Source of the DNA: Candidatus Woesearchaeota archaeon
GTDB taxonomy: Archaea; Nanobdellota; Nanobdellia; Woesearchaeales; UBA12501
Reading direction: 5' to 3'
Assembly (NCBI GenBank): GCA_016180035.1
Contig: JACPCA010000012.1
Span: 1 to 12,366 of the forward strand
Length of the DNA stretch: 12,366 bases
Position numbers and translations under genes: made by a program. The notes under the pieces were generated by a model. The model ran no database searches. It saw only the letters and a list, made by a program, of their open reading frames with translations, and was not told the origin of the DNA. Positions 7,860 to 12,366 of this stretch are shown here, one piece after another. Position 1 is the first letter of the stretch. The number at the start of each line of letters is the position of its first letter.

Positions 7860-7986
7860 GGAGTTTGGAGTAAGGAGTTTGGAGTTGCGGCGCAGTGAGT
7901 TGGGAGTTTGGAGTAAGGAGTTTGGAGTTGTTGCTGGTGGTAACGCAGCTATTACTCCTAACTCCAAACTAATAACTCCCAACTCA
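7860..7986. repeat. palindromic array of GGAGT pentamers (28-bp direct repeat x2 plus inverted copies)
   Basis: GGAGTTTGGAGTAAGGAGTTTGGAGTTG appears at 7860-7887 and 7903-7930, with GGAGT spaced 7-8 bp apart. A right arm at 7951-7986 carries reverse-complement copies (ACTCCTAACTCCAAACT...AACTCCCAACTC). GAGTTGGGAGTT (7897-7908) pairs perfectly with 7974-7985. The centre of symmetry is near 7940. Confidence 0.7.
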
Positions 7987-8092
7987 TTTCGGGTCTTCCA
8001 CCAGCATAAAGGCTGAGAACAGGGTCTTCCGGAAGCAAAAGTTTTATAAAGAAGCCATAAATTCCAGCCAATGCTGAATACGGTAAGTGCTT

Positions 8093-8632
8093 ATGGCTGA
8101 AAAAAATTCATTTACGGAATTTGAAAGCATTCATCAGGCATTAGGGGAAACGAAGAAGCTCTATCATCCTCGCCCTTCTATAGCAGGAGCTTTCCGGGAC
8201 GGTCAGAACCCAAACCAGCTTGGCAACCATCCTTCAGCGCATTCTCCCACCTCTTCAACAGACGATATCTTCCAGAGCCTCAAGACCATCAAAGTCGATT
8301 CTATCAAAGGCGTCATTGAGGACATTGAAGAGCTGATCCAGAAGCGCAACGAGCTCAGCGATGCCATTTCTACCAAGATCGACAAGATGCTCAACACGCT
8401 CAATAACGTCGAGCTGGAAATCAACGCCGCCCATCGTGACGATACCGCGCTCCAGCACGACATGATGACACTCAAGGGCAAGAAAGTAGATCTTGAAAAG
8501 CTCCGCATTGAGGAGCAGATCGAAAACTGGAAAGACATCGCCCAGCTCAAGCATGAGCTCCGGGAACGCGTCAAGGAATTCAAGGAAAAAGAAGGAAGGC
8601 TTGACATGCTCGACAAGATCCTGTCGGAGTAA
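8093..8632 (+). CDS. hypothetical coiled-coil protein
   Basis: Low-complexity, probably disordered N-terminus (PRPSIAGAFRDGQNPNQLGNHPSAHSPTSST) followed by about 110 aa of heptad-rich, charged sequence (IEDIEELIQKRNELSDAISTKIDKMLNTLNNVELEINAA...LEKLRIEEQIENWKDIAQLKHELRERVKEFKEKEGRLDMLDKILSE). The track start is a GTG at 8087; I prefer the ATG at 8093. TATA-like TTTTATAAAG at 8041-8050. Confidence 0.6.
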   Translation: MAEKNSFTEFESIHQALGETKKLYHPRPSIAGAFRDGQNPNQLGNHPSAHSPTSSTDDIFQSLKTIKVDSIKGVIEDIEELIQKRNELSDAISTKIDKMLNTLNNVELEINAAHRDDTALQHDMMTLKGKKVDLEKLRIEEQIENWKDIAQLKHELRERVKEFKEKEGRLDMLDKILSE

Positions 8633-8698
8633 AATGGACCAAAACGAACCGATAGAGTAACGAAATGTTAGGGTAACAAAATATCATGGCAGCGAAAT

Positions 8699-10534
8699 AT
8701 GGAACACGCACTCACGACTGAGGAAATCTGCAAGAAGCTCCGGCCAGTCTTCGGAGACAAGATCGGCCAGATCTACCTCAAGTACAAGCTCTGCGACAAG
8801 ATCGAGAGCAAGATGGAGATTGAGCAGGCCCTCCACAGCCTCTACCACAAGTATCTCAACAAGGGGCTGCTGGATGATGATATCCTGCTCGAGCCGCCTA
8901 AAGAAGGGCAGGTTGCCGGAGAGTACCCTCTCGGCCTGGTGACCTATGCCAAGAAAGACCTGCACTCGTTCTGCCTCCGCGAAAAGGACTGGCCCCGGCA
9001 CGTCTGCATCTCCGGCATGAGCGGCAGCGGCAAGACCACGTTCGCCTTCCAGATCCTTGGAAACTTCATCCTCAAGAAAAAGCCGTTCGTCGCGTTCGAC
9101 TGGAAGAAAAGCTTCCGGCAGCTCATGAACGTCAACAAGAGCCTCCACTGCTTCACGGTCGGCAATGAGCGCGTCAGCAATCACTTCAAGCTCAACATCA
9201 ACCAGCCGCCGCGCAACGTCGGCGCCAAGGAATGGATCAACATCCTCTGCGACCTGATCAACGACGCTTTCTTTGCCAGCTTCGGCGTGCACAAGCTCCT
9301 TCGCGAGACGCTGGACCAGGCTTTCAAGGACTTTGGCGTGTACGAAGGCTCGGAAAATTACCCGACCTGGCGCCAGATCAAGGACAGGCTGGAAGAGATG
9401 GACGCGGACATGCACGGCAAGCGGGGCAGGGAATCAGAATGGCTGGAAAGCGCGCTCCGTATCGCGTCGTCGCTGACGTACGGCGATTTTGGGGAGGCTA
9501 TCAACCATAAAGGCGAAACCATGTTCACGGTGGATGACCTGCTTGACAAGCAGGTGGTCTTTGAACTGCACAATCTCGGCGCCAGCGAGAAAAAGTTTTT
9601 TGCCAGCTTCTTCCTCACCTACGTCTACAAGCTGATGAAGACGAACAATTACGAGTCCGATGGCTTCAAGCTCGCCATTGTCGTTGATGAAGCCCATAAC
9701 ATCTTCCTCAAGGAAAAGCCAAACTTCCTCAACGAAAGCATCACCGACATGATCTATCGGGAGATTCGAGAGTACGGCGTCAGCCTGATCTGCCTTGACC
9801 AGCACATCTCCAAGCTGTCCGACACGGTGGCCGGCAACAGCGCATGCAACATCGCCTTCCAGCAGATCCTGCCGGCAGATGTCGAATGCGTCTCCTCCCT
9901 CATGCAGATCCGGGACCACCGCAAATTCTTCTCCATGCTTCCTGTCGGCCATGCCATCGTCAAGATGGCAGACCGCTACTACAATCCCTTCCTGATCAAG
10001 GCCCCTTTTATTGAACTCAAGAAGAGCATCCTCACGGACGACCAGCTCCGTGACCTGATGAAAGAGCACGTCACCTTCCAGAAGCGCGTCAAGTACTTCA
10101 AGCAGGCCTGCGACGTTACCAACATCAAGAAAGAGCTGGAAAAGCTGGACACCACCTTCAAGGTGAGCAGGGTGGAGACAAACGGCGACCTTGGCGCCAT
10201 GCAGCAGATGAAAGAGCAGAACAGCCGCCTTGTCAGCGAAAGCAAGGCCCCAGTATCCTTTTCATACGAACTAACACAACAACAACAGCAATTTTTGGCA
10301 ACAATCCAAAGCCAAAAACTCTCCCCAATGGGAACCACGCAAATCTATCGACAGCTTAAGTCATCTATCCGGAAAGGAAATGAATTAAAATGTCAATTGA
10401 TAGATTTGGGGTTAATTTCTGAAGAAGTCGAGCGGCACGAAAAAGGTTGGATAAAACATCTTGTTTTAACACCCAGTGGCGCTAGCTATCTTTCGGAAAA
10501 CCCTGAAATACGTGGAAATGTCATCTCTAACTGA
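8699..10534 (+). CDS. HerA/DUF87-family (FtsK-HerA superfamily) P-loop ATPase with C-terminal winged-helix-like extension
   Basis: The RH-x4-G-x-SGSGKT Walker A (PRHVCISGMSGSGKTT, nt about 9007-9039) is preceded by the LDL/hydrophobic context typical of DUF87/HerA. The Walker B is of the hhhhDEAH type (LAIVVDEAHNIF, about 9670-9700). The family R-K/E-Y-G-x-x-h-x-h-x-x-Q motif follows (IREYGVSLICLDQHISKLSDTV, about 9770-9830). The C-terminal ~95 aa (TQIYRQLKSSIRKGNELKCQLIDLGLISEE...WIKHLVLTPSGASYL) resemble a wHTH. It follows the coiled-coil gene after a 66 bp gap. Confidence 0.8.
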   Translation: MEHALTTEEICKKLRPVFGDKIGQIYLKYKLCDKIESKMEIEQALHSLYHKYLNKGLLDDDILLEPPKEGQVAGEYPLGLVTYAKKDLHSFCLREKDWPRHVCISGMSGSGKTTFAFQILGNFILKKKPFVAFDWKKSFRQLMNVNKSLHCFTVGNERVSNHFKLNINQPPRNVGAKEWINILCDLINDAFFASFGVHKLLRETLDQAFKDFGVYEGSENYPTWRQIKDRLEEMDADMHGKRGRESEWLESALRIASSLTYGDFGEAINHKGETMFTVDDLLDKQVVFELHNLGASEKKFFASFFLTYVYKLMKTNNYESDGFKLAIVVDEAHNIFLKEKPNFLNESITDMIYREIREYGVSLICLDQHISKLSDTVAGNSACNIAFQQILPADVECVSSLMQIRDHRKFFSMLPVGHAIVKMADRYYNPFLIKAPFIELKKSILTDDQLRDLMKEHVTFQKRVKYFKQACDVTNIKKELEKLDTTFKVSRVETNGDLGAMQQMKEQNSRLVSESKAPVSFSYELTQQQQQFLATIQSQKLSPMGTTQIYRQLKSSIRKGNELKCQLIDLGLISEEVERHEKGWIKHLVLTPSGASYLSENPEIRGNVISN

Positions 10535-10680
10535 TAAGCCTCGAGCTTAAGATGGCATAGACAGCACATTCTTGTAGTTAGATCTTTCTTCGATGGCAAG
10601 TTTCCTTGGATTACAGCGGAGATCCCTGGAAAAGGCAGTTCTGGTCCGCAATAGGCGTAGTTGTTCTCAACAGGAGAAGA

Positions 10681-10861
10681 CGTGAAAGTGCGACTGGATG
10701 TTGTTGACGAGATTATCGACACGGAGTACGAAGCGCGCGGCGATGCCAAGAAACCGAAGGGCAAGGTAGTGAAGACGCGCCAGCCGGATGATGGCAACAT
10801 GCGGTTGACTGTCCCTCTGGGTGTGTTGGTGAAGTTCAAGAAAGGACAGAAGCAGTCGTAG
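10681..10861 (+). CDS. hypothetical small basic protein (59 aa from GTG; 66 aa from the ATG at 10661)
   Basis: GGAG-type motif (CAACAGGAGAAGAC) sits just before the GTG at 10681. Translation is VKVRLDVVDEIIDTEYEARGDAKKPKGKVVKTRQPDDGNMRLTVPLGVLVKFKKGQKQS, with GC3-rich codons. No family recognised. Confidence 0.3.
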
Positions 10862-10908
10862 GGAAGAAAAGAAGAAGGCAAGATAGACAACGAAAGGAAA
10901 AAGGCAAG

Positions 10909-11085
10909 ATGGTTCCCGTGTACGAAAGAGCGACGACTGGAGAATACCGGTTTTCCAGATTCGTCAAACCGAGGGTCCGCACCGGCAAGAAGAGAGGCGC
11001 CCTGCAGGGTCCGATGATCCGCATCGACCTGGTGGCCCTCAACAACAGACCGAACCGCAACCAAGGAGAGAAAGCAGCGTGCTGA
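10909..11085 (+). CDS. hypothetical small basic protein (58 aa; not in the ORF track)
   Basis: ATG at 10909 preceded by AGGAAAAAGG. Translation is MVPVYERATTGEYRFSRFVKPRVRTGKKRGALQGPMIRIDLVALNNRPNRNQGEKAAC. GC3-rich codons suggest coding. AAGGCAAGAT is directly repeated at 10876-10885 and 10901-10910 in the leader. Confidence 0.25.
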   Translation: MVPVYERATTGEYRFSRFVKPRVRTGKKRGALQGPMIRIDLVALNNRPNRNQGEKAAC

Positions 11086-11294
11086 CGCGACCGAAGAAGA
11101 AGGAGGTTGATGGACGGACACCAGTGCCGCTCATCGTCCCCATGGATCGTGCCCGTCTCGCAACGATGCTTGGCAAACCTGCCATCATCGCGACGGCCTC
11201 GGCATCCGCCAGTGATCCGCTCGCACATCTCCTGAAGGAGGGAGAGGAGGACATGGCAGTCACCGATCCGTGCGTGATGACCGATCTCGAGTGA
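11079..11294 (+). CDS. hypothetical small protein (71 aa, GTG start)
   Basis: GC3-rich ORF overlapping the previous one by 7 nt. Translation is ...PVPLIVPMDRARLATMLGKPAIIATASASASDPLAHLLKEGEEDMAVTDPCVMTDLE. No recognisable domain. Confidence 0.25.
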   Translation: MLTRPKKKEVDGRTPVPLIVPMDRARLATMLGKPAIIATASASASDPLAHLLKEGEEDMAVTDPCVMTDLE

Positions 11295-11360
11295 CCTACC
11301 GAAGCAACCTGAAAGGAGGATACTGTATAGAATAGAGACAAGGCAACGCGCTACCATCAG

Positions 11361-11510
11361 GGTTTTTGCTGCTTTTTACCTGACGGCGAGCGGCATTGTA
11401 GCAACCTAAAAAGCAGCAGCAGAGAGCCATTGACGGAGTATCCACACTGTCGTGGGCGGTCCGCTTTCCCAGACCTTTGACGCGAAAGAAGACCACGTCA
11501 ATGGCTCTCT
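11361..11510. other. structured non-coding region with two perfect inverted repeats (candidate ncRNA, att site or regulatory site)
   Basis: TGCTGCTTTTTA (11367-11378) pairs with TAAAAAGCAGCA (11407-11418) around a 28-nt loop. This is immediately followed by AGAGAGCCATTGACG (11421-11435), which is the perfect reverse complement of CGTCAATGGCTCTCT (11496-11510) across a 60-nt spacer. The surrounding 380 bp (11295-11683) contains no ORF. Confidence 0.45.
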
Positions 11511-11683
11511 AGGCAGCAGCTGCCATAAACGCAAAGCGTAGCGTAGCTGTTGTCTGTCCGCAGTACGAATAAGAGTAGCAGTTGAATGGAAGTGCCACCC
11601 TCCTTAAATCCGTGATGGGGCTCTCACGTCGAGAGTGGAATGGTGGATAGTCGCAGTAAGATGTATCAAGGAAAGAGATAGAT

Positions 11684-12366
11684 ATGTCCAAGATCCGGAA
11701 GACCCAGAAGCCCAACGGCATCAGCAACGCAACCTGGAAGAAGACCAAGCAGATCGCGAAGCAGCAGGGCCTCGACCAGCAGCAGACTCTGCAGGTGGCG
11801 GCGAGCATCCAGGCGCAGAAGCAGCAGAAGGGCAACGGCCAGAAGACGCTCGGCACGCAGTTCGTCGTGACGATGCATGGTGGCATCCCGCAGGACGTGC
11901 AGTACCGCATCGCCGAGGCCGCCACGGGAACGCCCTCGCTCATCGGGAGCAAGGACGGCTGCATCGTGGCGTTCAACGACAAGACGACAGCTGCGGTGAA
12001 GCAGGCACTTGCCGAGACGTACGGTGGCCGCGTGTCGATCCAGCAGGTGAACGTCAAGACGGAGGACAAAGAGGCAACCTTCGTGTCCGCGACCAAGGAC
12101 CTGCCCAACCTGGCGCTGAAGACGGGCGACGTCCAGGACGAGCAGATGAAGGTGCACGGGATGGAGATCGCTTCGACGCCGCAGGGCACCGAGCTCCTCG
12201 GCTTCCTGGCGAACCTGATCGGCGACGGCTACTACGCGGCGCAGATCGGGGAGGTGACGGGCATCCGCGGACCGGCGTTCGGCAACATGATCGACGGCAC
12301 GCCGCGCTCGGTGGAGGTGCTCATCAACTGCAACCCGCTTGCGTGGATGGAGCACCAGGTCGGCCT
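11684..12366 (+). CDS. hypothetical protein, 3'-truncated by the window end (at least 227 aa), strongly GC3-biased
   Basis: I translated by hand from the ATG at 11684 to the window end with no stop (MSKIRKTQKPNGISNATWKKTKQIAKQQGLDQQQ...GYYAAQIGEVTGIRGPAFGNMIDGTPRSVEVLINCNPLAWMEHQVG). Third positions are almost all G or C, as expected of a real gene in a high-GC context. The track shows only the antisense ORFs 11509-12189 and 11666-12355, because this ORF has no stop within the window. Confidence 0.75.
   Translation, partial: MSKIRKTQKPNGISNATWKKTKQIAKQQGLDQQQTLQVAASIQAQKQQKGNGQKTLGTQFVVTMHGGIPQDVQYRIAEAATGTPSLIGSKDGCIVAFNDKTTAAVKQALAETYGGRVSIQQVNVKTEDKEATFVSATKDLPNLALKTGDVQDEQMKVHGMEIASTPQGTELLGFLANLIGDGYYAAQIGEVTGIRGPAFGNMIDGTPRSVEVLINCNPLAWMEHQVG

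Noticed and set aside
7860-7986. Possible CRISPR array
   Set aside because: The repeat unit is 28 bp but there are only two copies, with a 15-bp spacer, and the internal structure is pentamer-based and palindromic. There are no unique spacers and no cas genes.
7831-8016. 61-aa ORF spanning the GGAGT repeat array
   Set aside because: The reading frame simply passes through the tandem and inverted repeats (giving a repetitive EFGV...LGVWSKEFGV). There is no start context and the composition is not gene-like. I treat the region as non-coding repeat.
8684-10069. Minus-strand ORFs 8684-9415 and 9434-10069
   Set aside because: They are antisense to the HerA/DUF87 ATPase gene, whose Walker A and B motifs confirm the + frame.
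11300-11683. tRNA, SRP RNA or RNase P RNA in the structured non-coding gap
   Set aside because: I see no T-loop (GTTCGAATC or GTTCAAATC) or D-loop consensus, and no conserved 7S or RNase P motifs. The region is kept only as an unclassified structured element.
11509-12355. Two long minus-strand ORFs (226 and 229 aa) at the window end
   Set aside because: They are antisense to a + strand frame that is open from 11684 to the window end and has nearly pure G/C third positions. High-GC3 genes routinely leave long open antisense frames. Their translations are R/A/L-rich low-complexity sequence typical of such shadows.

Overview
This 12.4 kb window reads as archaeal chromosome. The first ~7.7 kb is a housekeeping neighbourhood that I recognise from motifs in the translations. 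It contains a divergent pair made of an SPFH/band-7 (stomatin-like) protein and a TerC/DUF475-like membrane protein. It contains the conserved archaeal cluster aIF6 - prefoldin alpha - FtsY (SRP receptor) on the minus strand. It also contains ScpA (the Smc kleisin). Promoters look archaeal: AT-rich TATA boxes about 25-30 bp upstream of ATGs, several apparently leaderless. One gene at 5877-6848 has markedly lower GC and different codon usage from its neighbours and carries an HExxH motif; it looks like an insertion between aIF6 and scpA. The most interesting stretch is 7.78-10.5 kb. An unusual ~200 bp repeat-dense intergenic region (a nested inverted repeat plus a palindromic array of GGAGT pentamers) precedes a two-gene module. 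The first gene encodes a coiled-coil protein. The second encodes a 611-aa HerA/DUF87-family (FtsK-HerA superfamily) P-loop ATPase. Its last ~95 codons are compositionally foreign (about 39% GC against about 60% in the gene body) and resemble a winged-helix module. Downstream are small GC3-rich ORFs of uncertain status and a 380 bp non-coding region with two perfect inverted repeats of 12 and 15 bp. A GC3-rich gene then runs off the window end on the + strand. It is absent from the ORF track; only its antisense shadows are listed there. I found no rRNA, tRNA or CRISPR. Every functional call is from motif-level reading of the translations, with no database search possible, and should be confirmed by HMM or BLAST.
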